Shown piece by piece: positions 28,684-64,000 of a stretch of DNA of 64,000 nucleotides. The stretch's first letter is position 1. Each line of letters opens with the position of its first letter. The position numbers and the translations under genes were made by a program. The notes beneath the pieces are model-generated. The model made no database searches, was not told the DNA's origin, and worked only from the letters and a program-made list of their open reading frames with translations. This DNA is from Octopus bimaculoides (taxonomy: Eukaryota): assembly GCF_001194135.2 (NCBI RefSeq), contig NC_068993.1, forward strand, positions 44,393,177 to 44,457,176. The letters are read 5' to 3'.

Positions 28684-28850
28684 CACACATATACAGCAGG
28701 CTTCTTTCAGTTTCCAGCTACCAGATTTACTCACAAGGTTTTGGTTAGCCTGAGGTTATAGTAGAAGGCACTTGCCCAAGGTGTCATGCTGTGAGACTGA
28801 ACCCAGAACCATGTGGTCGGGAAGCAAGCTTCTTAATACACAGTGGTGCC
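28440..28850 (-). mobile_element. tRNA-derived CORE-type SINE, full length
   Basis: Reverse complement of the 48466 family, with an internal (AC)n. Confidence 0.8.
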
Positions 28851-29402
28851 ATATGGAGCCATATGTAGTTTGTTGAGCATATTGTGTACTCTTCAGTGTC
28901 CAGTCTATTTCTGTACACTAATACATTCTAGTGGTGACCACAACAGAGATGGACAAAGTGGACTTAGTCAGAGTCTGGTAATTGCTGGCCCACTTATTGC
29001 TGGTGGTGTGCATGCCTAATGCAGTGTTTGGAGCCAGCGAGGTTATTGAGGTCACTGCTCTTGTATGTATCATCATCATCATCACCATCACCATCAGCAA
29101 CAACAGCAGTACTTTATTGTCTCCATTTCCAAGCTTGCATGGGTTGGATGGAATTTGTTGTTGTTGATTTTCTATAGTCGGATGCCCTTCCTCTCACCAA
29201 CCTTCACCTGTTTCCAAACAAGTAACAACTTCCAGATTCTAATTTTCTCTTTTTTCCTTCTTTTCTTCCTTCATCGTCCAACGTACTGTCTCGTAGCATT
29301 GCATTTTCCAACGGTTTTTTCAAATAAGATATGTAGCAATCTTCTCTACTCGCAGTTGTCACATAAGGTTGTAATGTCTTATGGTTAAGTTGGTTCTTAT
29401 GA

Positions 29403-29492
29403 ATTTCCCTGAAGAGAAGATTACATCTTTATCAATGTCACTCATTCCTTTGGAATGGACCATTTGTAATCTTCGAAACATATGTCGGAAAT
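29403..29492 (+). ncRNA. Type I hammerhead ribozyme, complete core
   Basis: Stem I AUUUCC(29403-08)/GGAAAU(29487-92); CUGAAGA 29409-15; stem II GAAGAUUACA(29416-25)/UGUAAUCUUC(29465-74); GAAA 29475-78; palindromic stem III ACAUAUGU; GUC cleavage triplet ending 29486. Confidence 0.88.
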
Positions 29493-29573
29493 AAAAGTAA
29501 TCATTTAACATATGCGTATAACTCCATTTATTAAATTTTATATATATATATACATATATATATNNNNNNNNNN

Positions 29574-29618
<45 letters not shown>

Positions 29619-30414
29619 GTGGGTTTCTGCATAATTTCCATCAACCAAATTCCGTTCACATTGGTCAACGCAAGACTACAGTGAGAGACATGTGCACAAT
29701 GAAATCAAACATAGAACCACATGGCCATGAAATGAACTCCATAACTACACAGCTATGCTTCTTATTGCTCAGAAAAACCAGTAGGATCCTGTGGTTGGGT
29801 TTCATTCTGCCATGCTTACCTCTCTTCTTCTAAACATTTGATTTATGTGCTCCAATCAAAAGAAATCAATAATGGTCGATTGCATAGTACTCACTTTTTA
29901 CTTTATTTTAGAAGCAAAAGATGAAGGGGAGAGGCAGAGACAGATAGAGAGAGGGAAAAAGAAAGAGAATGAAAAAAATATCAGATGGACAGAGTAAAAG
30001 AGAGACACAAACAGAGAGACTGACTGAATTACTAGAGAATGGGACAAAAGGAAAGAATGAAAGAGATAAAACCGGAAAGATGCAAGCAGACATAGAAAGA
30101 GAGAGAGAGAGAGAGAGAGAGTAAGATGGAAAATGGAAAAAATAATTTAAAAGCAATAGTCAATAATGAAAGGAAGAAAAATAAGAAAAATAAAGATTAA
30201 GAGACAATAATAGAGATTTCTTGCACTGAAGTGTACACAATATGTGCTGACACGTAGATATGGGAGATTTCGCTACATAACTCCTACGCTAACAGCAGGT
30301 CTGACTTTGCAGAAAAGGAAGGGAGAGAGAGGTGTACATTTATTGATTCTGTTGATACATATATATCTATATACATATATATATACACAGATATACCCTC
30401 ACACACACATGTAT

Positions 30415-30470
<56 letters not shown>

Positions 30471-32619
30471 AATATATATGTACACATATATATATATATA
30501 AATATATATATGTACATATATAAGTGTATATATATGTGTGTGTGTATATATATATACATATATATACATTTATGTGTGCATGTATATATATATATATATA
30601 TATATAAATGGCTACAAGCAGGCACTGGTAACTATCAAATATAAATTAGAGATAATAAGATAAATAAAATAAAATATATAAATAAAAAATAAATAGGTAG
30701 ATAAATAAATAAATCATTGAAACCAAGTAAATGGGTATTTCCTCCTTTTAACTTTGATTTTAATTATGTTTTATTTCTGACATCAACCTCACTCCCATTC
30801 AACCCAATCTTTCATTTTTTTTGTCTTTGAAAATGTTATCCAATTGTTAACTGGAAATTCTAAAAGAAAAAAAAGTAAACAAAAAATGTCTGTTATAAAC
30901 TCAGAAAAATAAAAACACACACCCGTACATACATACATACATACACACATACATGTATGTACTATATTTTTGCATTTGGTTTTACTCATGCTTAGAAGAA
31001 TTGCTGCTTAATGGGAAATCAATATAAATTTCCAAATTGTTTTTGCTGTGTTTGTTTCCTGTTTCAACCAATCAGATCACCCTTACAAACATCTTATTTG
31101 TAAAAGTCACTTTAAGACCAGGAACCACTCTCATCACCATTAGCTTCAGTAGTAGTAGCAGCAGCAGCAACAACAACAACAACAACAACAGCAACATTTA
31201 ATAGCATTCCTTGATATTGAATTAGAAGATTGCAAAATTATCTGTAACATGAACTGAAAACTGGTTAGGTAAAGCAAATAGGTTCTGTGACCTCAATAAT
31301 ATTTGCTAGTATCGGAAGTGGGTCTGATGATGATAATATATTGGATTTAGAACTCTAAATGGAGTGGAAGAATTACAGAGAACTAATATCTATAGTGTTA
31401 GGCACAATAAGCACCATGAGATGAAAAAAATGCAACAAATCTGTCAATGAAACCAAAGCCATGTATTACATTTATTGCATGAATTGTAATCACTGGTACC
31501 AATTTTTTGCTACAGGATGACCGCTTCTCGTTATGTCATACTATAAATTGTTTCTGATACTTAACAATGATAATTTGTCAGTCACTTGGCCCAGCATGAT
31601 AGGTTACTCTACAAATATGCTCTGTTTAGTCCTGTGCACCGTTATGTTCTTGTCAGTAGTACCTATCTTTTATATTTTTGTTTTAACATTGTTTACAGTC
31701 TTTTTTAAAACAATTTTGCCCCAAATAAGGCTTAAAGCCACTGTACATGAAGAACTATGAAGAAGAAAAAAGAAAGGGTCCTAAATTTTTTTTTAAATGG
31801 TGATTGACAGAAAACTTAAAGGACTGAATATCATAGACCAGAAGAAAACAAGATGGTGGTATTAAGTTCCAGAGAGCAACAGTTCATGGAAAGAAACTAT
31901 TGGAATAAAAGAACCTATGACTAGCAGGAAGCTCAACAGAAATGATACACCTCAGAAGAAAAGCAAGTAACAAGTTTAAAGGTTTTAACAGAGGTTAATA
32001 GACTAGAAAGTTCATCAGAGCAATAACTATGGAAGTACTTCCAACAGATTTATTGGTTTATGTTGGTCATCCTTGTTTGGATTCACTTGGTATAGAGTCA
32101 GTTTTATGATGGCATAGGGATTGTATCTGCTACACCAGCCACTGTAATTTCTAGCTCCTACTGCAATGCTCTGGTGGGTTTCTTAAACTATGGGCTTTCA
32201 GTATCCAGATCTTGAAAGCAAGTTGGAACTGCATTTTTTCTCTCTTTCTAAACAAGGCAAAGTGTTCTATATATCACTAGTCTATTACCAGTATTACCTC
32301 CCCTTATACAATTAATGACTTGCTAGACTTGGTTGCCATTTGAGAATGAGCTTTTAAAACCCAGTCTTGTATTCAGTTACTTAATAGTGTAACAGTCAAT
32401 TACCCATATAACTAAAGAATTCAAAAGACTCACTCTCCTAGCAAAAAACAAAAGTTTGGGATTGAGCATAATTTAAATAATAAAAAATTGTAATGACTCT
32501 ACATCTTGCATTGAATACTCATTCATCATTGTTTATGTGAGATGTATATAATATGTCGTCATCCTCCTCCTCTTCCTCAACATCCTCATCATCATCATCA
32601 TCCCTTTTTCCGTGCTGCA

Positions 32620-34130
32620 GTTTAAAAAAGGTTTGACCCAGTGGGCTCTTTTGATGTAATGATGGGAGCTTACAACAGCACGGTCATCAGCGACCTTATA
32701 GGTCTGTATATTTTAGACACCTTGAAGAAGAGATTTCCATCAGTTCTCTTTGGTCTCTACAGCTCTGGTCATCTCTAGAGGAGCTAGCAGGCATACTCTC
32801 AATAGGCTTAGGAAGGAGCTAATTAGCACCCTTATCTCCACTGGAGTCAAGATAACAATTGAGACCAACCTCACCATTGTAAACTTTTTAGATGTTATGT
32901 CAGACCTGAGCTTCTGTTCTTACAGACACTACTGCTAACCTAACAAAAGGTTGACCTACATCAACACCACCTCCTGCCACCCACCTACTGTGCTCAGGAA
33001 CCTAGTGAAGGGTGTCAGTAAGAGAATCTCAAACATTATTCCAATGAGGTTCCGGCATCCAGTGGGTTTAAGGACTGCATCTCCTACATGCCAGGCACTG
33101 GTACCTGCAAAAGGAAGTGCCACCATAATGTCGTTTGGTTTGCTACACCCTTCTCTCTCAATGTTAAAACCTGTATGAGAAGAATATTCCTTGGACTGGT
33201 GGACAAACATTTCACACAGTCACACAGATATGGACGTTTGTTTAATAGTCTCAACTTAAGGATATCCTTCAATTGTGTGCCCAACATTAAGAAAATTTTA
33301 ATGAGAACTCCTAAGCTATGAGCAGAGGCAGAATGCTCATGTAGGGTATACAATGATTGCCCTATGGGAGTATAGGGTCAATGAAAAGCCAAGGGAGTAG
33401 TGTATGAGGCTCAGGTGATACCTGGCACTAGCAGCCAGATTAACAGCCTAAACAACAACACATCTGTTGACAACAACAACAATTACAGTGGCGATGGCTG
33501 TGGCCAGAGTAATAGCTTAAGAAGCAATGATATATCAACCGACAATAGCAGCAATGACAACAATGGTAGTGGTGACAGCAGTGGCAATAGCAGTGCATTA
33601 AGCAGAAGAGACAATAATACCAACAGTTACAATGCCAGCAGCAACACCAATTTTGCAGCCAGAAATGGCTGCTATGCCAGCAGCAATGGAACCACCAGAA
33701 TCATATCCAGGAATATCAACAATGGCAGTAACTCCAGCAATAGCAACAACAACATCAGACCCAGAGTTAACAAAAGAAACATCAGTGGTGGTAGTACATC
33801 CAATACACAGACACAAATCCATGTCAGTTCAACCATGCTCTCCTTTAAGCAATGTTTCAACAACCACAAGTCCACTTTTAGGATACTGGAAAGGTGCAAC
33901 ATCACATCCCTGGATAACCACGTATGGCACTTAAAAGAGGAATTAACTCCATTGATGATTAAATGGAAGTTCCTTGAATAACCGGGAACTTATATAAACA
34001 GGATCAAGCGATGTATGCTTTGCTTGGCAGAGAGGACAAGAGACCTAATAAATTTACTCAACCCAGGGACCTTTAAAACTCCAGGAAAGAAGTATTTAGT
34101 CAATGCCTGCACCTAAAACATTTCCAACTA
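32620..34130 (+). mobile_element. Penelope-like element relic (RT fragment plus GIY-YIG endonuclease)
   Basis: FDVMMGAY..DLIGLYIL, KITIETNLTIVNFLDV, YINTTSCHPPTVLRNL, NVVWFATPFSLNVKT, VVYEAQV..SFKQCFNNHKSTF..HVWHLK..IKWKFL..RCMLCLAE; frameshifts and stops. Confidence 0.88.
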
Positions 34131-34407
34131 CAAACTTAGAATTCCCCATTTGTTGAATAGCCCTTCTACAGCTCCTTTGAATATCACCGCGGCTGCAGCC
34201 AATGTAAGGGAGTTAAACCCATCCACCTACTGTACAGACAAATATTTTTTGTTTAAAAACTAACTGACCATGATGTATTTTTACTTCCAGTAGTAGAGAC
34301 GTTATCCACCATTGGCCACTTGAGTCTTGTGAGTTGTCTATACAGCAAAGCTCTATAGGTGCAAACCAAAGGGCACTCTATGACCAGCCATAACATTTAA
34401 CTTCCTA

Positions 34408-34477
<70 letters not shown>

Positions 34478-34967
34478 ACGTATGTATGTATGTATGTNNN
34501 NNNNNNNNNNNNNNNNNNNNNNNNNNNNNNNNNNNNNNNNNNNNNNNNNNNNNNNNNNNNNNNNNNNNNNNNNNNNNNNNNNNNNNNNNNNNNNNNNNNN
34601 NNNNNNNNNNNNNNNNNNNNNNNNNNNNNNNNNNNNNNNNNNNNNNNNNNNNNNNNNNNNNNNNNNNNNNNNNNNNNNNNNNNNNNNNNNNNNNNNNNNN
34701 NNNNNNNNNNNNNNNNNNNNNNNNNNNNNNNNNNNNNNNNNNNNNNNNNNNNNNNNNNNNNNNNNNNNNNNNNNNNNNNNNNNNNNNNNNNNNNNNNNNN
34801 NNNNNNNNNNNNNNNNNNNNNNNNNNNNNNNNNNNNNNNNNNNNNNNNNNNNNNNNNNNNNNNNNNNNNNNNNNNNNNNNNNNNNNNNNNNNNNNNNNNN
34901 NNNNNNNNNNNNNNNNNNNNNNNNNNNNNNNNNNNNNNNNNNNNNNNNNNNNNNNNNNNNNNNNNNN

Positions 34968-35001
<34 letters not shown>

Positions 35002-36014
35002 TATACACACCCACACACATATATATATACATACATATACACAAATATATATATACACATATGTGTATATATATATATATATATATGTATGTATATATAC
35101 ACACACATATATAAACATACGTATATATATATATATATAAGTATATATGTATGTGTGTGTGTATGTGCATGTGTGTGCATGCATGTGAGTGTATGAAATA
35201 AGAGTGCGAATTATCTCTTCTATTCAAATATATTCTAGGCCTATTTTTATTTCTGCTAAAAGAACAGAAACAAGCACAAGATAGTAAGCATTTATTCACT
35301 GACAACAATGCAACACACACAACATCTCATGTTACTGGACCCCTTCCACACCTCTTCTATTATTTCATAATCTTTTCATGTGATCTCTTTACTAACAACA
35401 ATACCAACTTTCTTAGCATAATACTTATTTACAGAGAAAGTAAGTTAAATGCATCTCACACCTACTTTGAAGTTTCCTTGTCACATGTGACCAAATGGAA
35501 TCATATTTTGTGCTTTCTTTTTATTCATTTACTGATTTTGGTCATTAGACTTCAACTATCCTGGAGGAACTGACTTGTTATTGTTGTTGCTGATACATTT
35601 TTTATTCCATTTTTATATTCTTTTTCTTCTTCTTTTTTTAACATTTGAATATTTAGATAATTCTCTGAAACAAGGACTAGAAATTAAAGTTGTTTTCCAA
35701 GAAAGTGGGTATAAAGCTATATTTAAAACAATAGTTATGAGGATTTAAAGATTAATATAAATAACAAAAAAAGGAATGAAGATAAAAAACAATATAAATA
35801 TGATAATGGTCGTCGTCATCATTATCGTTATCATTATCATTATCACCATCATGAATTTACATTGATTTAGTCTATTCTAACATGAGATGGATGATACTTA
35901 TTGAGGTACAGCTGGTTGCCCTTCCTGTCACCAACCCTTATCTCATTTCAAGTAAATCATTTACTCACACACACACGAGCTTGATGGGCATCTTCGACTA
36001 GCAGGTCATGCTAC

Positions 36015-36057
36015 TCCAGACTGATGACGAGCAAAGACTCAGAAACATGTCTCTGGA
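36015..36057 (+). ncRNA. Minimal type I hammerhead-like motif, stem II base mismatched
   Basis: UCCAGA-CUGAUGA-CGAG caaaga CUCA-GAAA-CAUGUC-UCUGGA: 6-bp stem I, intact core, palindromic ACAUGU stem III, C.A mismatch at the base of stem II. Confidence 0.65.
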
Positions 36058-38209
36058 TGCAGGCTTAGCTGGGTGGAGGTGTTTATCCCCCCTTGTAAAC
36101 ATAAGGACACAGGAAACGTGTCAAGGCCAACAGGAAGCGGTGCAGCTTCCTATGTCTAACCAACAGTAGTATTATTCCCTTCAGGGGACTGTCACATTAA
36201 GTTGACAACATACAACTACTTCATTGTATCACTACTGCATAAATCTCTCTGAGAGATTTAGAAATGGTGAGCTAGAGGGCTGTGCCAAGCTCCAATGCTT
36301 TGGCATGGCTTCTACTGCTAGATGGCTTTCATAATGCCAACCACTTTACAGAGTGAGCTGGCTGGTATTTATGTACCACTGACAACAGGGAGGTCATCAA
36401 GTAATTTGCAAGACATGACCTCTTAACTGAATGGATATAGTATTGAGGGAGGTGGCTTTTTGCCAGGTAATGAGAGGTTAAAGTATGATAGCAGGGCAGG
36501 AACAGGCATCTTGTTGTTAAGGAGATACATGGTTATCTCAATTGGAAAAGAAAGATCATGGTAAAGATGTCCCAGGGAAAATCTTCAAGCTACAAAGAGA
36601 TGAATATTAGAGAAGGCAGAGCGAGGGAATAGATAAGTAAGTTTGCTAGAGTTTGGAAGGAGAGTGGCGGATGGACAGAAATGAGGTTCTGTCAAGTCTT
36701 CCCCCAACAATTCGTCAGTTTTCTTTGTTACCTTGTTTCCTTCTGTCACTTTCCCTCCACTGAACTGATATCCTCTACATCCAATTCATTCCTTATTTCT
36801 AATCATCTGTCTCACTATTTTCACTCGGTGTACTTACACATCTACCTTTTCTATTCCTCTATCCTATTCTGTCTCATATTCACCTTGTACTTGGATCACC
36901 CTCTCTCTCTCTCTCTCTCTCTCTCCCCAAGACACCTGCTCCACTCCCTCTATCATAGTTTCTTATCCCTCCATTGTATTCCCACTCAGTTGAGGAATCT
37001 TATTTATCTTGGTAATCTCACCGTTGTTGATGCCATGTAAAAAGTACCCTATACACTTCCTTAAGTGGTTGGCATTAGAAAGGGCATCAGCTGTAGAAAC
37101 CATGCCAAAGCAGACATAGAGCCTGGCAGAGCCTTCTTGCTAATCTGTTCTTGTCAAAATGTCCAGCATGGAAAAGGGGACATTAAATTATGATCATGAT
37201 CATGATCATGTATGTATTTCTGTTTGTGTATATGAATATGTATGTACATACATTTGTAACGATCTCTGAAATATAATCCAAAAGCCATTAATGAATAAAA
37301 CAATTAATCAACATTTCTAGTTGTAGCCATTCCTTCTTAATTGAGAAACATGTTGTCTTAAAATCCATGGCTGACACTGTATGGCCTCTATTTAAAGATA
37401 ATGATACAGAGATATTTGGCCATCTCAGTGTGACTTATCAAACAACAAAGGAGCCTTTCCTTGACCCAATGGAAATAGTAGTAAAATATATCTCCAATCA
37501 CACCCAACTATCTTAAACAAATGGAAAAGAAATACAGTGTCTCTTTGCAACTTGATTTGTTACCTTGTCATCTGAAATATTTAAGGTTCCCAGCTCAGAT
37601 CTAAATAATGATAGCATAAATCTTGCCCTGGTCTGTTTTTGCCTTTAGAAGCAGTGTTTTGTTACGCAGTTATTTATTGCTTTTGATACGTCTCTAATAT
37701 ACAAACACACACACACACACACACACACATGTATGCACATGCACACATACGCATACACACATACATGCACTTGCACGTGCTTGTACACACATACTTACAC
37801 ACACATATACACACACACTCACACACATACACACACACATATACACACACACACAAATGCACACACACATACACACATGCACACACACACAAATACACGT
37901 ATATACATATGCACACACATACATATGCACACACATACATACTTGTACACACACTCACCCACATACTTACACATACACATACTTACACACACACACACAC
38001 ACACATGCACGTGAACACACATATATTCATATGATTTTCTCTACCATATACAGACCTTCTTTATTTCTTTTGTCAGTTTCTTTTGTAACCGTCTGGCAAT
38101 GCTAGAAATCAAAATTATTATTTAAAATACAAGTCATATACTCAGGTTGATATAAAACGATTAACCCCTTCCCCTCAAAACTGTCTACTTTGTACCTAAA
38201 TTAAAAACA

Positions 38210-38709
38210 ATCATTATTATTATTATTAGTGACATTTCATCTGTCTTTTCGTTCTACATTCAAATTCCACCTTTCATCCTTTCGGGGTCAATAAAATATG
38301 TACCAGTTGAGCACTAGGGTCGATGTAATTGACTTACACTAACCCCTAAAAATACTGGCCTTGTATCAAAATTTGAAAGCACTATCATTATTATTATTTT
38401 AAACCTTTGTATGTTATGCACGTCCCTTCTTTTTCAGTGTTTACCATGTATACTTTCTTTCACTTTTTTTTTATCATTTCATTATATGTAAACCCCAACA
38501 CTTTATGTCTGTTGTTGTATTGTCCTCCTCATCCTTCCTCCTTGTGGCAAATAAATGAAATCATTATTATTATTATTATTATTATTATTAGGTCAACTTT
38601 GCCTTTCATCCTTTCAAGGGCGATTAAATAAGTACCAGTTATGCACTGGGTTTGATGTAATTAAATTAATCCCTCCCCCCAAATTTGAGGCCTTGTGCTT
38701 CCAGTAGGA

Positions 38710-38752
<43 letters not shown>

Positions 38753-38883
38753 GGTCGACTTTACCTTTCATCCTTTCAGGGTCGATAAAATATGTACAAG
38801 TTGAACACTGGGGTCAATGTAATCAACTCATCCCCATTCCCAAAATTGCTGCCCTGGTGGCAAAACTTGAAACCGTTATTATT
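38210..38883 (+). mobile_element. Three tandem truncated SINEs (Nin/Deu-like central block) separated by (ATT)n
   Basis: Repeated ctttcatcctttc(g/a)gggtc(a/g)ataaaat..gtaccagtt..cactgggg..atgtaat..aaaatt..gcctt; the domain name is from recalled similarity. Confidence 0.75.
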
Positions 38884-39067
38884 ATTACCTCCACCTTAGT
38901 GAAGGTGGTGGCATTGTTTACAGTCATGGTTGTCTGTTTGTTTGTCCGTGGACAAGATATCTCAAGAACTGCTGGATGGATTCGAATGAAACTTTCAGAG
39001 ATATTTGGCCTCGTGACTGGCATGAACTGGTTAGATTTTGGAATCGATCTGGTACTGGACAAGGATT
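38884..39067 (+). mobile_element. Helentron-associated (DINE-1/HINE-like) non-autonomous element, 5' part
   Basis: ttacctccacctt agtg aaggtggtgg hairpin, then a (GTTT)-type microsatellite and gatatctcaagaactgctggatggattcgaatgaaacttt, the typical layout of this class; cut off by the RTE insertion. Confidence 0.55.
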
Positions 39068-40565
39068 CTCACTTAGCTTGCCAGGTCTTCTTAAGCACAG
39101 CTTATCTCCAAAGGTCTCGATTGCTTGTCATTGCCTCTGTGAGGCCCAACATTCAAAGGTCGTGCTTCACCACCTCATCCCATGTCTTCTTGGGTCTACC
39201 TCTTCTACAGNNNNNNNNNNCCCATGTCTTCTTGGGTCTACCTCTTCTACAGGTTCCCTCCACTGTTAGGGTGTGACACTTCTTCACACAGCTGTCCTCA
39301 TCCATATGCATCACATGACCATACCAGCAAAGTTGTCTCTTTTGCACACCAAATCTGATGCTTTTTATGTCTAACTTTTCTCTTGGGGTGCTTACACTCT
39401 GTCGTGTATGTACACTGATATTACACATCCAACGGAGCATACTAGCTTCATTTATTTCAAGCCTATGCATGTCCTCAGCAGTCACAGCCCATGTTTCACT
39501 TATGTGTAGCATAGCTGTTCGCACATAGGCATCATACAATCTACCTTTCACTCTGAACGTGAGGCTTTTATTACCAGTGGAAGTAAAATCTCTTTGAACT
39601 TTGTGCAGGCTATTCTTATTCTTCAGGCTACACTTTCAGAGCATTCATCCCCACTACTAACTTGGTCACCTAGTGATGGAAGCTATCAACTACTTCTAGT
39701 TTTTCACCCTGTCATATGATGGAATCTATTTTCTGTACATCTTTGGTGTTTATTGCACCTGTGCATCTGCGACACACAAAAACTATCTTCCCAGTTAACC
39801 TTCCTCTGATATTGCTGCACCTCTTATGTGTTCATAGATTACACCAGGTACATCTTATGGAATTTCTACATACACCTTTTCTACAGAATGAGCAGGGCCA
39901 TCTACCTGAAGGAATTTGTGATTTATCCATCTTCTTACTTACTAAGACTTTGGCTTTTGCTAGGTTAACTCTAAGGCCCTTCGATTCTAGTCCTTGCTTC
40001 CACACCTGAAACTTCTTCTCTAGTCCTGGTAATGACTCAGCTCTTAAAGCAAGGTCATCAGCAAGGAGAAGCTCCCTGGAGCAGCCTGTAGCATCAGTGG
40101 TGCTTTTCCCTGGCACAAACCCAAACTACATCTCATCTAAACTAACTTTCTCCTGAATTAACTGGGCTATGACCCTCTCCATGACTTCCATCATCTGATC
40201 CAACAATTTGATACCTCTGTAATTATTCCTATCTAAGGTGTCTCCTTTACCTTTGTAGCAGTTGACTATGGTGCTGCTACAACAGTCATTGGGTATAACT
40301 CCTTTGTGTATCACCTGGTTAATTATATGGATGAAGAGACTATAGCCTACATCACCAGATATTTTAAGCATCTCAGCAGTGATTTCTGATGGGCCAGGGG
40401 CTTTTCCTATTTTCATACCCTTAATTGCTTTATCTACCAAGGTACTGTCAGTTCAGATAGCTGGTCCCTCTGTTGGGTCGACATTTGGCAGACTCTCTTT
40501 CTCCCATTCATTCTCTTCATTTAGCAACCTTTCAGAGTGGTGTCTCCAAGTCTCTCTCTTCTCCA
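39068..40565 (-). mobile_element. RTE-clade LINE, 5'-truncated and internally deleted
   Basis: KAPGPSEITAEMLK, NYRGIKLL, MQ.GFVPGKSTTDA joined directly to ELLLADDL, GLRVNLAK, CSFCRKGV, LYDAYVRTAML, LCWYGHV, RGRPKKTW. Confidence 0.92.
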
Positions 40566-40742
40566 CTACAAAACCACTTTAAATATCTTTTAATAAGTGT
40601 ATGATGAGACCTTTTTTTTTTCCACAAAATATACTTGTGAAATAAGTGTCTTATGCAAGAGCGCATCATACATACAGCAGCAAACATGGCATTAATTTTT
40701 TATTTTATTTTTCAATTACAGAATTAACAACATTTGTGAGAC

Positions 40743-63072
<22,330 letters not shown>

Positions 63073-64000
63073 GTAAGTTAATCAACATTTAAGACTTCAG
63101 AAATAATTCCTGTCTTTATAAGATGATTTGTTTTTAACTATTAACCTTTTAGCTGCAAGATGTCTCTGGCCCTCTTAATACAAAATCTTGCTTCCCATGA
63201 GTTGCATATAAAACGATGGAAATAATACCAAAAATAAGCTTTCAATTAACAGCAACATTTTATTCTTCAGCAAAATGAAATTATACAGCAAACCAGATTA
63301 ATACATCATGAAGAATGTGGGCTGTAGAAAATCATTCATAATTGACTTTTCAACTCAGTTGAACTTGTTTACATGTGCTTCAACAAGAGCAAAAATAATC
63401 TGACATAGCTTCCTGAAAACAAACTCTTTCCTCTGCTAAAATGAAAAACTTCATATTAACATAAAATGGCTCAGACAAACATTTAGAATTTGCTATGCTT
63501 GGTGGTCTATTGCACAACATGATTGGATATGCACTCCACATCCCACGTAAAACTAAACCAATCCAGATGCCTGGCTTGACAAAGTATTTCAGCTTCACAT
63601 GACAGGTGGCATGACCGATCATTAGAGGCTTGTGAATGGAGCCCTTTTCAGACTATTTAAGTCTAAAACATGCAATTTATGAAATTAGTCTTGCTACATC
63701 CTCAGTTTTAGAGATGAAGGATTTTTTTAAAATCTTTTATCTCCTGCCTTTTATTTGTTTTATGACTGAGGCCATGCTGGATCATTGCCTTAAAGTGATT
63801 AATCAAACAAATCAAACCTCTGTTCTTATCTTTACTTAAGTCTGGTACTTATTCTATCAGTCTCTTTTGCTGAACCACTAAGTTACAGGTATATAAACAA
63901 ACCGATACTGGTTGTCAACAGTGGAGTGAGGACATATTTTAACAGATTGTACTCTACAGCAGGGGTTTTCATATTCCAGGAATATGAAACCCTAATGACA

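Noticed and set aside
33400-33981. Host gene encoding an Asn-rich protein
   Set aside because: Both ends are Penelope GIY-YIG sequence, within a disrupted element.

Overview
AT-rich, repeat-dense animal genomic DNA with many N-gaps. The tRNA-derived SINE families, RTE/Penelope/mariner relics and microsatellites suggest a cephalopod, probably Octopus (inference). Nearly all listed ORFs are microsatellite, gap or transposon artefacts. One real host gene is present: a + strand, intron-rich NRPS-like gene. Eight GT-AG coding exons (40743-63072) splice in frame into 428 codons covering an adenylation domain from the start Met to motif A8; the gene continues beyond the window. Its A4/A5 motifs are non-canonical (ACNVFFIWEMLRPL, NLYSISECHDVAC) and resemble the fungal glycine-betaine reductase ATRR (A-T-R-R) family more than amino-acid-activating NRPS modules. 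Other notable elements: a complete type I hammerhead ribozyme core (29403-29492) and two degenerate hammerhead-like motifs; a MITE-like element with a palindromic telomeric-repeat core (17782-17958); a ~480 bp foldback; R4/Dong relics sitting in (TAA)n tracts; a Penelope relic with a long Asn/Ser-rich insertion in its GIY-YIG domain; a young hAT MITE. All alignments and folds were done by eye.
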